A stretch of DNA of 64,000 bases, from contig JBDHRV010000002.1 of the NCBI GenBank assembly GCA_039807745.1, forward strand, positions 3,598 through 67,597, in the 5' to 3' direction. Below are positions 47,386-57,219 of the stretch, in pieces. Under the pieces are notes generated by a model that worked only from the letters and a program-made list of their open reading frames with translations, was not told the origin of the DNA and searched no databases. This DNA comes from Burkholderiales bacterium (lineage in GTDB: Bacteria; Pseudomonadota; Gammaproteobacteria; Burkholderiales; JAEUMW01). The position numbers and the translations under genes were made by a program. Each line of letters begins with the position of its first letter. The stretch's first letter is position 1.

Positions 47386-47901
47386 TTACTCATCCTTCTG
47401 GTGGGGGAACCCGAGTTCCGAAAGCCGCGCGAACGGCGTGACGACCGCGTGGGAGTCCGACGCAGGATTCGGCGGCGGACGGCATCCACCCTCGTCGTGC
47501 CGCGGCGAGATCGGAAGTGCGAGGAGGATCTCCTCCTCCACCCAATCCAGCACGCGCATGGCGGCAGGCGTCGGCAGCTCGTCGACATCCGCCGCCTCGT
47601 CCGCTACCTCCGGCAGCAGCGACGGATCGGCCACGAAGCGAAGCTCCCGCCGTGCAGCGACCTCCTGCAGGACCGGGCCGAGGCATCGCTGGCAGCGCAC
47701 CGCGAACCGACTCGAAACATCGATCAGCAATCGCGGACTCCCATCATCATCGAGACGCCCGGAGATACCGTAGGTCACGGTGCCGCCGTCGTCCGTCAGA
47801 AGCTCCGAAAGTCGCGCCAGGCTTGCCGCTGCAACCGTGCCCGCAAGACGCCCATTGGACTGCGCGAACTCGCGAACATCGATGACCGGCTGCTCTGACA
47901 T
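47386..47901 (-). CDS. yceD: YceD (DUF177) large-subunit rRNA accumulation protein
   Basis: 171 aa. Acidic, with a CQRC motif. Canonical position upstream of rpmF. Confidence 0.85.
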   Translation of the reverse strand: MSEQPVIDVREFAQSNGRLAGTVAAASLARLSELLTDDGGTVTYGISGRLDDDGSPRLLIDVSSRFAVRCQRCLGPVLQEVAARRELRFVADPSLLPEVADEAADVDELPTPAAMRVLDWVEEEILLALPISPRHDEGGCRPPPNPASDSHAVVTPFARLSELGFPHQKDE

Positions 47902-47958
47902 AAACGCGCTAATGTATTATTCTAGCTGCGTTTTGTCAAAGAAGTTTGTCGTATCCTC

Positions 47959-48537
47959 ATGCAGCGCCTGATCCTGGCTTCCACCTCTCCCTACCGGCGC
48001 GAGCTGCTCGCCCGACTCGGCATGCCCTTCGAAACCGCCGCGCCCGGCGTTGATGAGACGCCGCACGCAGGCGAGGCGCCCGCGGCGACGGCACGCCGGC
48101 TCGCCCGGGAGAAAGCGTCGGCGCTCGCATACGACTTTCCCGATGCGTTGATCATCGGCTCCGATCAGATCGCCGAGCTCGACCACCGACCGCTCGGCAA
48201 GCCCCTCACCCATGTGAACGCGGTGCAACAGCTCAAGTTTTGCTCGGGTCGCACGGTCGAGTTCCACACCGGGCTGTGCCTGCTTCACGCTGCGACCGGG
48301 ACCGCGCAGGTCGGGAGCGTCGTGAACCGGGTGCGCTTCCGGCAACTCGACGGGGACGAGATCGAGCGCTATCTGCGCCGCGAACAACCGTACGATTGTA
48401 CCGGCAGCGCGAAGGTGGATGCTTTGGGCATCGTTCTCCTCGAAGCGGTAGAGGGCGAGGATCCGAACGCGCTGATCGGACTGCCGCTGATCCTCCTCGC
48501 CGACATGCTGCGTCGGGCGGGCCTCAGGCTTCCGTGA
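47959..48537 (+). CDS. maf: Maf-like nucleoside triphosphate pyrophosphatase
   Basis: LILASTSPYRRELL N-terminus. 192 aa. Divergent from yceD. Confidence 0.9.
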   Translation: MQRLILASTSPYRRELLARLGMPFETAAPGVDETPHAGEAPAATARRLAREKASALAYDFPDALIIGSDQIAELDHRPLGKPLTHVNAVQQLKFCSGRTVEFHTGLCLLHAATGTAQVGSVVNRVRFRQLDGDEIERYLRREQPYDCTGSAKVDALGIVLLEAVEGEDPNALIGLPLILLADMLRRAGLRLP

Positions 48538-49277
48538 TGGCCGGACGCCCGGACCCCACGCTCTACCTCATTCCCTCGAACCTCGCCGCCGGCGATCCAC
48601 GGCTGGTCTTGCCCGCCAACACCATCGCGATCGCAGTCGGCCTCGATCACTTCATCGCCGAGCGCGCGAAGACCGCGCGCGCCTTCCTCAAGGCCACGGG
48701 CCACCCGAAGCCACTGCGCGAGATCGTCATCGAGGAACTGAACGAGCACACTCCCGCGGAACGGATTCCAGCCTTGCTGGCACCGCTGCGCGCGGGGTTC
48801 TCGTGCGGCCTGCTGGCCGAGGCAGGCTGTCCGGCAATCGCCGACCCGGGCGCACCGCTCGTTCTGCACGCGCACCGGGCGGGGATCAGGGTGCAGCCCC
48901 TGGTCGGCCCGTCTGCGATTGTCCTGGCGCTGATGGCCTCCGGCCTGCCGGGTCAGCGCTTCGCCTTTCACGGCTACCTGCCCGCCGGCAAGGAAGGACG
49001 TGAGCAGAAGCTCCGGCTCCTGGAGATCGAGTCCCGGCGGCGCGACGAAACCCAGATCTTCATCGAAACGCCCTACCGCAATCTTCAGGTCTTCGAATCC
49101 CTGATGACGTGCTGCGCGCCGCAGACCCTTCTTTGCATCGCGTCCGACCTCACCGGCTGCGCCGAACGCGTGACGACCGCCCCGGCAAGCGACTGGAGAC
49201 GGCGCCCGCCACCCGTGATCGCGAAGCTGCCGACCGTGTTTCTGCTGTATGCAGACTCAGCGCAACGCCAGGGCTGA
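48537..49277 (+). CDS. SAM-dependent methyltransferase, tetrapyrrole-methylase fold (RsmI/YraL-like)
   Basis: ATG overlaps the maf stop (GTGATGG). LYLIPSNL.., SEAGCPAIADPG-like motif AEAGCPAIADPG, FHGYLP, IFIETPYR. Confidence 0.75.
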   Translation: MAGRPDPTLYLIPSNLAAGDPRLVLPANTIAIAVGLDHFIAERAKTARAFLKATGHPKPLREIVIEELNEHTPAERIPALLAPLRAGFSCGLLAEAGCPAIADPGAPLVLHAHRAGIRVQPLVGPSAIVLALMASGLPGQRFAFHGYLPAGKEGREQKLRLLEIESRRRDETQIFIETPYRNLQVFESLMTCCAPQTLLCIASDLTGCAERVTTAPASDWRRRPPPVIAKLPTVFLLYADSAQRQG

Positions 49278-50222
49278 GCCACCGTAGAGGCGCAGGAACG
49301 CCTCCGACGCACCCGCACCCAGGCGTCTGGCGAAGCGCTCGAGGAAGGTCTCCTTGGCGGTGAAGTCGACCACCTGGTCGGCCTTGATGATCTCGCGTGC
49401 GACGTAGTCGACGTTGCCGATCTCATCCGCCAGCCCGAGCTCGATGCTGCGCTGCCCGGTCCACACCAGTCCGGTGAAGAGATCCGGATCGTCCTTCAGT
49501 CGCTTGCCCCGACCCTTTTTCACCACGTCGATGAACTGGCCGTGGATCTCCGAGAGCATCTTCTCCGCGTGATCCTTCTGTTGCTGAATCAACGGCGAGA
49601 ACGGATCGAGGAAGCCTTTCTCCCGGCCGGCGGTAATGAGGCGGCGTTCGACACCGAGCTTGTCGAGGGTACCGACGAAACCGAACCCGTCCATGAGCAC
49701 CCCGATCGACCCCACGATGCTGGCCTTGTCGACGAAGATCTTGTCTGCAGCCACCGCGACGTAGTATCCGCCGGAGGCACAAATGTCCTCGACGACCGCG
49801 TACAGCGGGATGGTCGGGTATTTCGCGCGCAGACGCCGGATCTCGTCGTTGATGTACCCGGCCTGCACCGGGCTGCCCCCCGGACTATTGATGCGCAGGA
49901 CGATGCCCTGGGTCCGCTTGTCCTTGAACGCCTCCTGCAGACCGGATGTGATCTTCTCCGCGCTCGCTTCGGTGTCCGCGGCGATGACGCCGGAGAGCTC
50001 GATCAGCGCGGTGTGCTTGCTGGCGAGCGCCGGCTCCTTCTTGCCGATCCAGCCAAAGCCCACGAACAGAAGCGCGAAGAGGTAGATGAAGCCGAGCGAC
50101 TTGAAAAAGATGCCCCACCGGCGGGCTCGCCGCTGTTCGTCGACCGCTGCCGTCGCGAGCCTCTCGAGCACGCTGCGCTCCCACTTCTCGCCCCCGGCCT
50201 GGTCGGAAATCGGATCGGTCAT
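49257..50222 (-). CDS. sppA: signal peptide peptidase SppA (36K type, S49 family)
   Basis: 321 aa. N-terminal TM segment. INSPGGS, ASGGYYVA, GSIGV motifs. Confidence 0.88.
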   Translation of the reverse strand: MTDPISDQAGGEKWERSVLERLATAAVDEQRRARRWGIFFKSLGFIYLFALLFVGFGWIGKKEPALASKHTALIELSGVIAADTEASAEKITSGLQEAFKDKRTQGIVLRINSPGGSPVQAGYINDEIRRLRAKYPTIPLYAVVEDICASGGYYVAVAADKIFVDKASIVGSIGVLMDGFGFVGTLDKLGVERRLITAGREKGFLDPFSPLIQQQKDHAEKMLSEIHGQFIDVVKKGRGKRLKDDPDLFTGLVWTGQRSIELGLADEIGNVDYVAREIIKADQVVDFTAKETFLERFARRLGAGASEAFLRLYGGSALALR

Positions 50223-50284
50223 GGTTATTTCCTGCTTTCCGAACGGAAGATTCGTCTGTCCCTGCGACCGTCAGCGTACACCGA

Positions 50285-50950
50285 TCACGCGTGCGTCGCG
50301 AACCACGTCCGCAGCGCGGAAACCGTATCCAGCAGCGCGAGCGGCGCACAAGCGCTGAGGCTCTCCCGCGAATGCGCACCGTAAGTGACGCCCACCGAGG
50401 CGACGCGAGCATTGCGGGCCATATCGAGGTCGTGCGTGGTGTCCCCGACCATGAGGGTGTGCGCAGCGCCGGTCGCGAGCTCGTCCATGATCTCGATCAG
50501 CATCGCGGGATGCGGTTTGGAGAACGCTTCGTCGGCGCAACGGGTGGTCTGGAACGCGGCGGCAAGGCCGGTGGCGTCGAGCGCGCGATCGAGTCCGCGC
50601 CGGCTCTTGCCGGTCGCCACCGCCAGCAGGACGCCGGCCGCAGCGAGTTCGGCAACCATCTCCAGCACGCCGTCGAACAGGGGGATCGCGTGGTCGCGCG
50701 CAAGGTAGTGCCAGCGATAGCGGTCCGCGACCGACTCGTAGCTCGAGGCATCGAGCTGCGGAAACAGGTATGAGAGCGCGTCCTGAAGTCCGAGGCCGAT
50801 GACGTGGCGCGCGCTCCGATCGTCCGGAACGGGCAGCTCCAGATCCTGGCTCGCCGCCTGAATGGCTGCGACGATGGCCGCCGCCGAATCCATCAGCGTA
50901 CCGTCCCAATCGAACACGATGAGGCGAAAGGGGCGCTGCGACTCAAACAA
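50285..50950 (-). CDS. HAD-IA family hydrolase (phosphoglycolate phosphatase-like)
   Basis: DxDGT motif LIVFDWDGTL, TGKSR, VGDTTHDLDMA. Start uncertain: TTG at 50950 is preferred over ATG at 51016, which would overlap rluC by 74 nt. Confidence 0.8.
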   Translation of the reverse strand: MFESQRPFRLIVFDWDGTLMDSAAAIVAAIQAASQDLELPVPDDRSARHVIGLGLQDALSYLFPQLDASSYESVADRYRWHYLARDHAIPLFDGVLEMVAELAAAGVLLAVATGKSRRGLDRALDATGLAAAFQTTRCADEAFSKPHPAMLIEIMDELATGAAHTLMVGDTTHDLDMARNARVASVGVTYGAHSRESLSACAPLALLDTVSALRTWFATHA

Positions 50951-51920
50951 GGGAGTGGGCTTCAGGGTCGAGGGCGAGCGTGGCACCCTGCGCGTGGAGG
51001 AAGCGCCGCAGGTCACCCGGCAGCGGTGCAGTCAGGTCGACCCGCGCCGCGGTGACCGGATGCTCGAACCCGAGCCGCCAGGCGTGCAGAAACATGCGTT
51101 TGAGGCCGGAACCCGCGAGGAGGCGATTGCGTTCGAAGTCGCCGTACTTGTCGTCACCAGCGACAGGATATCCCAGGTGGGCGAGCTGCACCCGGATCTG
51201 GTGCGTGCGACCGGTTGCGAGCAGGGCTTCCAGCAGGCTGAAATCGCCCAGCCGCTCCACCAAGGTGAACACGGTGTCCGACTCCTGGCCGCCCGGCTTG
51301 ACGCTCACCCGTCGCTCGCCGCTGGCGGTGACGAACTTGTGGAGCGGCAGCGTGACGCGCCGCCGCGCATCCCGCCAGCGCCCCCGGACGAGCACGAGGT
51401 AGCGCTTGTCCACCCTGCCCTCGCGCAGCTGCTGGTGCAGGCGAGTCAGCGCGACGCGCTTTCTGGCGAGCAGCAGGACGCCCGAGGTTTCCTTGTCGAG
51501 GCGGTGAACGAGCTCGAGGAAGGGCGCCCCCCCTCCCAGGCGCAGCAGCTCGATGACACCCCGGCTCACGCCGCTGCCGCCGTGCACCGCCATGCCGGAC
51601 GGCTTATCGATCGCGAGCAGCCATTCGTCCTCGAAGAGTGTCTGCGGCACGAAGCGTGGCCATGCCGGAGCAGCCACCGCGGGCCGCGCGGGTGCCGCTG
51701 TTCGCACCGGAGGCACGCGCACGCGGTCACCCGGCTGGAGGCGGTAAGTGGCCTCGACGCGCCTGCTGTTCACCCGCACCTCTCCGGAGCGCAGTATGCG
51801 GTAGACATGGCTGCGCGGGACCCCCTTCAGCAGCCGCGCCAGGTAGTTGTCGATGCGCTGATCGGCGCTTCCTTCGTCAACCTCTTGCAAAGTGACGGAT
51901 TTTTTGCTTGGCGCGACCAT
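50943..51920 (-). CDS. rluC: 23S rRNA pseudouridine synthase RluC
   Basis: S4-like N-terminus RIDNYLARLL. Catalytic HRLDKETSGVLLLA. Divergent from rne as in E. coli. Confidence 0.9.
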   Translation of the reverse strand: MVAPSKKSVTLQEVDEGSADQRIDNYLARLLKGVPRSHVYRILRSGEVRVNSRRVEATYRLQPGDRVRVPPVRTAAPARPAVAAPAWPRFVPQTLFEDEWLLAIDKPSGMAVHGGSGVSRGVIELLRLGGGAPFLELVHRLDKETSGVLLLARKRVALTRLHQQLREGRVDKRYLVLVRGRWRDARRRVTLPLHKFVTASGERRVSVKPGGQESDTVFTLVERLGDFSLLEALLATGRTHQIRVQLAHLGYPVAGDDKYGDFERNRLLAGSGLKRMFLHAWRLGFEHPVTAARVDLTAPLPGDLRRFLHAQGATLALDPEAHSLV

Positions 51921-51933
51921 TCTTGCTTATACT
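51904..51933 (+). promoter_or_regulatory. candidate sigma70 promoter for rne
   Basis: -35 TTGCTT (51904-51909), 18-nt spacer, -10 TATACT (51928-51933). Would give a 5' UTR of about 345 nt, comparable to the autoregulated E. coli rne leader. Confidence 0.3.
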
Positions 51934-52285
51934 TCGGCCCTGTTCAGGGCGCTCGCACAACCCGCGAAGGCGTTGCGCCGCAAGGGCCGAGGCCACCTCT
52001 GGCCGCCACTCGAGCCCGCACCGGGTGCCCTGTTCAGCAACTCAAGCATCTTCGCGTGCCAACGCGACGATAGGAAACCGATACAAGCGCGCAAGCACTC
52101 TCACGGACCGGACCCAACAGCCGCCGCATGCGGCACCGAAGAAAGGCAAACCCGGGGCTTCCTGCAATCTGAACACCCTCTCGGAACGCACCTCGAGCCT
52201 ATGACGAGATGACCACTTGGCTGCCGGCGATGGCTTCGCCGGGGCGGGTTTGGCTGTCCCGTGAGAATAAGCGCGGGAGACAAGA

Positions 52286-54979
52286 ATGAAGCGCATGCTT
52301 TTCAACGCGACCCAATCGGAAGAACTCCGGGTCGCAATTGTAGACGGTCAGAAGCTCGTTGACCTCGATATAGAGTCGGCAGGAAAGGAACAACGCAAGG
52401 GAAACATCTACAAGGGCATCATCACCCGGATCGAACCGAGTCTGGAGGCCGCATTCGTCGACTACGGCGCGGATCGGCATGGTTTTCTGCCGTTCAAGGA
52501 AGTCAGCCGAAGCCTTTTCCAGGCTGGCGTCGAAGTCTCCCGCGCCCGCATCCAGGATGCACTCAAGGAGGGTCAGGAGTTCATCGTCCAGGTGGAGAAG
52601 GACGAACGCGGCAACAAGGGCGCCGCGCTCACCACCTTCGTCAGTCTCGCCGGACGTTATCTCGTCCTGATGCCCAACAACCCCCGTGGCGGCGGCGTAT
52701 CGCGCCGCGTCGAGGGTGAGGAGCGCGACGAGCTGCGCGATCTGGTCGGCCAGCTCGACGTGCCGCAGGGCATGAGCATCATCGCCCGCACCGCTGGCAT
52801 CGGCCGGACCCTGGAGGAGCTCGACTGGGATCTCAACTACCTTCTCCAGCTCTGGCGTGCGATCGAGAACGCATCCCGCCTGCAGTCCGGTTCGTTCCTG
52901 ATCTATCAGGAGTCGAGCCTCGTGATCCGCGCCATTCGCGACTACTTCCAGCCCGAGATCGGGGAGTTGCTGATCGACACGGAGAGCATCTACGACCAGG
53001 CCCGGCAGTTCATGGGGCACGTGATGCCGAGCAACGTCAGCCGCGTGAAGCTCTACAAGGACGACGTCCCGCTCTTCTCCCGCTTCCAGATCGAGCACCA
53101 GATCGAGACCGCCTACTCGCGCCATGTGCAGCTGCCCTCCGGCGGCGCAGTGGTGATCGACCACACCGAGGCGCTGGTCGCGGTCGACGTGAATTCCGCT
53201 CGAGCCACGCGCGGCGGCGACATCGAGCAGACCGCTCTCAACACCAATCTCGAGGCAGCCGACGAGATCGCCCGGCAGCTGCGCCTGCGCGACCTGGGGG
53301 GTCTCATCGTCATCGACTTCATCGACATGGAGTCGACGCGCAGCCAACGCGAAGTGGAGAACCGTCTGCGCGACGCCCTGCACTTCGACCGCGCCCGGGT
53401 GCAGATGGGAAAGATCTCGCGCTTCGGCCTCATGGAGCTCTCCCGCCAGCGCCTGCAGCCGAGCCTCGGCGAAACCAGCCACCTGCCCTGCCCCCGCTGC
53501 CAGGGCACCGGACAGATCCGCAGCATCGAATCGACCGCGCTCCACATCCTGCGCATCCTGCAGGAGGAGGCGATGAAGGAGAACACTGCTGCCGTGCACG
53601 CGCAGGTGCCGGTCGACGTGGCGACCTTCCTGCTGAACGAGAAGCGCTCGGACATCCACGGCATCGAGTCCCGCCTCAAGGTGAGCACGGTCCTCATTCC
53701 AAACGTCCATTTCGAGACACCCCACTACACAGTGACCCGGCTCAAGCACGACGAGCTCAACCGGTCCGAGCCGCTGCCTGCGAGCTATCAGATGGTCGAA
53801 GCCCCGCCCGAGGAGGAACAAACGCCCGTCCTGGCGCCGGAGTCCTTCGCCCCCCGCCCCGAGGCAGCAGTAAAGGGGATCACCCCGACCCAGCCGGCAC
53901 CCCTGGAGACACCGCGGCCACCGCCTGTCAGCGCACCCCCACCGGTATCACTCATCGACAAGATCTTCGGCTGGTTCCGCCGCAAGCCGGAGCCAGTGGC
54001 GGAGGTTCCCGTCAGGCCGGCGTCGCCGCAGCGCGGGCATCGGCGCGGCCGTGGCGATCGGGAGCGCGGCCGCCCGGAGCGACGGGAGCGACGAGACGCT
54101 GACCGCAACCGCCAGGAGCCACAGACCGTGAGCGCTCGCCCGCCCGCGCCGCCATCCGATGTCCGACCGCCCCAGGCGGAACGCACCGAGCGGCCGGAGC
54201 GCATGGAACGCCGGGAGCGCGGCGAGCGTCGGGACCGCGGCGAGCGCCCGGAGCGAGGTGAGCGCCAGCAACGCCAGCAGCGTCAGCAAGGTACGGGGCC
54301 GCGCGAGGCAACGCCTCGTCTGCCGCTGGAACCGGGCCTGCCGGGTGAAGCACCCATGGAAAACGCGGAGATTCAGGAGAACCGGGGCCGTCGTCGCCGC
54401 GGTCGACGTGAACGCAGGCCGGAAGGCACGGGCAGCCCGGCCCGACAAGGCGCAGAAGTGGCGCTCGCCGAGGCGCCTGCACTGGCTCCGCTGCTCACAG
54501 CGGAAGAGCCCGTCGCGCGTGGCGAGGTGCCCGCCGAGGCCGCGCTTGCGCTCGACGTCGCGCCAGCAGCGCAGGCTGTTCTGCCACCGCCGGTGTACGT
54601 GGAGCCCGCGCAGCCCGCTCTTTCAACCCCTGTCGAACCGGTCTTCGCAGAAATCGTCCCGGCAGAACCGGTGTCTGTCGAGGTTGCCCTGACATCTCCT
54701 GCATTCGAGACGATCAAAGACGTTACGCCGGCTCTGGTCTCGATCGAGGAACCACCTCCCGCCGCAGCAGCGCACGCCCCCTCCCCCGTCGCCCCGCTAC
54801 CGGCGCCGGTCGAGTTGCCGGAGGGAATGGTGATGGTGGAAACGGCTCCGGGTCGATCCCGGGTCGCTGCTGCGTTCGAGTCTGAGCCGCAGTCGGAGCC
54901 TCGGCGGGCACCCAGGCCGCGACCCGCTGCGTCATCGGCCGACGAAGAAACGCTCGTTCAGATCGAAACGCGCAAGTAG
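52286..54979 (+). CDS. rne: ribonuclease E
   Basis: 897 aa. MKRMLFNATQSEELRVAIVDGQKL S1 N-terminus, VVIDFIDM, Zn-link CPRCQGTG. Arg/Glu-rich and Pro/Ala-rich disordered C-terminal half. Confidence 0.96.
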   Translation: MKRMLFNATQSEELRVAIVDGQKLVDLDIESAGKEQRKGNIYKGIITRIEPSLEAAFVDYGADRHGFLPFKEVSRSLFQAGVEVSRARIQDALKEGQEFIVQVEKDERGNKGAALTTFVSLAGRYLVLMPNNPRGGGVSRRVEGEERDELRDLVGQLDVPQGMSIIARTAGIGRTLEELDWDLNYLLQLWRAIENASRLQSGSFLIYQESSLVIRAIRDYFQPEIGELLIDTESIYDQARQFMGHVMPSNVSRVKLYKDDVPLFSRFQIEHQIETAYSRHVQLPSGGAVVIDHTEALVAVDVNSARATRGGDIEQTALNTNLEAADEIARQLRLRDLGGLIVIDFIDMESTRSQREVENRLRDALHFDRARVQMGKISRFGLMELSRQRLQPSLGETSHLPCPRCQGTGQIRSIESTALHILRILQEEAMKENTAAVHAQVPVDVATFLLNEKRSDIHGIESRLKVSTVLIPNVHFETPHYTVTRLKHDELNRSEPLPASYQMVEAPPEEEQTPVLAPESFAPRPEAAVKGITPTQPAPLETPRPPPVSAPPPVSLIDKIFGWFRRKPEPVAEVPVRPASPQRGHRRGRGDRERGRPERRERRDADRNRQEPQTVSARPPAPPSDVRPPQAERTERPERMERRERGERRDRGERPERGERQQRQQRQQGTGPREATPRLPLEPGLPGEAPMENAEIQENRGRRRRGRRERRPEGTGSPARQGAEVALAEAPALAPLLTAEEPVARGEVPAEAALALDVAPAAQAVLPPPVYVEPAQPALSTPVEPVFAEIVPAEPVSVEVALTSPAFETIKDVTPALVSIEEPPPAAAAHAPSPVAPLPAPVELPEGMVMVETAPGRSRVAAAFESEPQSEPRRAPRPRPAASSADEETLVQIETRK

Positions 54980-54996
54980 CGAACGATTTTCCAAGG

Positions 54997-55028
54997 AGGA
55001 AAGAGCGCGACGGCGCACTTTCCTTTTT
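54997..55028 (+). terminator. Rho-independent terminator after rne
   Basis: AGGAAAG-A-GCGC GACG GCGC-A-CTTTCCT followed by TTTT (55025-55028). Begins 18 nt after the rne stop. Confidence 0.7.
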
Positions 55029-55045
55029 GTCCATCCGGCGGCGCT

Positions 55046-57097
55046 TCAGCGTGGCTCTACGACGCCGAAGAGTTTCTCCTTCAGCGCCTTCAGGGCATCA
55101 CGCGCCCGGGCAGCGCGCTCGAACTCAAGATTGCGCGCGTGCTCGAGCATTTCCTTCTCGAGGCGCTTGACCTCTCGTGTGAGTTCTTTTTCCGACAGGG
55201 CGAGCGCCGCAGGCTCGGCTCGATATACTCGCGTTCCCATCTCCCCCGGACGCGCAGCGTACACACCGTCGATCATGTCCCGGACCTCTTTCTCGACGCC
55301 CTTCGGAGTGATGCCCCGCGCAGCGTTGTGGGCGATCTGCTTCGCGCGGCGTCGCTCGGTCTCGCCGATGGCGCGCCGCATCGAATCGGTGACGGTGTCC
55401 GCATACAGGATCGCCGTGCCGTTGATGTGCCGGGCGGCGCGCCCGATGGTCTGGATCAGCGAGCGCTCGGAGCGGAGGAACCCTTCCTTGTCGGCATCGA
55501 GAATCGCCACCAGCGACACCTCGGGCAGATCGAGGCCCTCGCGCAGGAGATTGATCCCGACGAGTACATCGAACTGTCCCAGCCGCAGATCACGAATGAT
55601 CTCGACGCGCTCGACGGTGTCGATGTCCGAGTGAAGGTAGCGCACCTTCACCCCGTGTTCGGCAAGGTAGTCCGTCAGTTCCTCCGCCATGCGCTTGGTG
55701 AGCGTGGTCACCAGCACGCGCTCGCGCCGTGCCGCGCGCAGACCGATCTCCGACAGGAGATCGTCGACCTGAGTCGAGGCTGCGCGCACCTCGATGCGCG
55801 GGTCCACCAGACCGGTCGGCCGCACCACCTGCTCGACGACCTGCCCCTGGTGCGTCTGCTCGTAGTCGGCGGGAGTGGCCGACACGAAGATCGCCTGGGA
55901 CACGAGGCGCTCGAACTCCTCGAACTGGAGGGGGCGGTTGTCGACCGCACTCGGCAGCCGGAAGCCGTAGTCGACAAGGTTCTCCTTGCGTGCACGGTCC
56001 CCCCGGTACATGCCGCCGATCTGCGGAATGGTGACGTGGCTCTCGTCGACGAAAAGCAGTGATCCGGCGGGCAGGTAGTCCATGAGCGTGGGCGGCGGCT
56101 CGCCCGCGGCGCGCCCGGACAGGTGGCGACTGTAGTTCTCGATACCCTTGCAGAAGCCCAGTTCGTTCAGCATCTCCAGGTCGAAGCGCGTGCGCTGCTC
56201 GATGCGCTGCGCCTCCACCAGCTTGCCTGCCGTCTGGAACCAGGCGATGCGCTCGGCCAGCTCGATCTTGATCGCATCCATCGCGCGCAGGGTCGTGCTG
56301 CGCGGGGTGACGTAGTGACTCGATGGATACACGGTGAAGCGCCCCACCCGCTGTGCGATCTGGCCCGTCAACGGGTCGAACAGGAACAGCGTCTCGACCT
56401 CGTCGTCGAAGAGGCTCACCCGCAGCGCAGTCTCCGAATGCTCGGCCGGGAAGACGTCGATCACATCGCCCCGGACGCGGAAGGTGCCGCGCCGGAAGTC
56501 GAGCTCCGAGCGCTCGTACTGCATTTCCGCCAGACGCCGGATCACGTCGCGCTGGCTGATGCGCTCCCGCTCGCGCAGGTGCAGGATCATGCTGTGGTAG
56601 TCCACCGGGTCGCCGATGCCGTAGATGCAGGACACGGTCGCGACGATCACCGCGTCCGGGCGCTCCAGCAGCGCCTTGGTCGCCGACAGGCGCATCTGCT
56701 CGATGTGCTCGTTGATGCTCGAATCCTTCTCGATGTAGAGATCGCGCGAGGGTACGTAGGCCTCCGGCTGGTAGTAGTCGTAGTAGGAGACGAAATACTC
56801 CACCGCATTCTCGGGAAAGAACTCGCGGAACTCCGCGTAGAGTTGCGCCGCCAGCGTCTTGTTGGGCGCGATCACGAGCGCAGGGCGTCCGATCCGGGCA
56901 ATGACGTTCGCCATCGTGAAGGTTTTGCCGGAACCGGTGACGCCAAGCAGCGTCTGAAAGACGAGCCCGTCCTCGATCCCCTCGACGAGCCGAGTGATCG
57001 CCTCCGGCTGATCGCCTGCCGGTTCGAACGGCTCGTGCAGGCGGAACGGGCTGCCCGGGAAGGCCGTGACGCGGCCACTGTCCGACAGATCGGTCAT
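55046..57097 (-). CDS. uvrB: excinuclease ABC subunit B
   Basis: Met at 57097. [12 protein letters not shown] Walker A, DESHVT, C-terminal UVR motif. 683 aa. Confidence 0.96.
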   Translation of the reverse strand: MTDLSDSGRVTAFPGSPFRLHEPFEPAGDQPEAITRLVEGIEDGLVFQTLLGVTGSGKTFTMANVIARIGRPALVIAPNKTLAAQLYAEFREFFPENAVEYFVSYYDYYQPEAYVPSRDLYIEKDSSINEHIEQMRLSATKALLERPDAVIVATVSCIYGIGDPVDYHSMILHLRERERISQRDVIRRLAEMQYERSELDFRRGTFRVRGDVIDVFPAEHSETALRVSLFDDEVETLFLFDPLTGQIAQRVGRFTVYPSSHYVTPRSTTLRAMDAIKIELAERIAWFQTAGKLVEAQRIEQRTRFDLEMLNELGFCKGIENYSRHLSGRAAGEPPPTLMDYLPAGSLLFVDESHVTIPQIGGMYRGDRARKENLVDYGFRLPSAVDNRPLQFEEFERLVSQAIFVSATPADYEQTHQGQVVEQVVRPTGLVDPRIEVRAASTQVDDLLSEIGLRAARRERVLVTTLTKRMAEELTDYLAEHGVKVRYLHSDIDTVERVEIIRDLRLGQFDVLVGINLLREGLDLPEVSLVAILDADKEGFLRSERSLIQTIGRAARHINGTAILYADTVTDSMRRAIGETERRRAKQIAHNAARGITPKGVEKEVRDMIDGVYAARPGEMGTRVYRAEPAALALSEKELTREVKRLEKEMLEHARNLEFERAARARDALKALKEKLFGVVEPR

Positions 57098-57219
57098 GCT
57101 AGAATCCTCGGCAGAACAAGACCTCGAAGCAAATCGCGCTTGGACGACCGACAGTTTATTCCATTGCTGAGTTGGTTCGGTCTGGGGCGAGCCTCGCATC
57201 GCCGCACTGTGGAGCCAAG

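Noticed and set aside
57098-57219. Expected LexA SOS box (CTGT-N8-ACAG) upstream of uvrB.
   Set aside because: No CTG-N10-CAG arrangement is present in the 122-bp uvrB/aminotransferase spacer. The only CAG..CTG pair (ACAGTTTATTCCATTGCTG) is in the wrong order and spacing.
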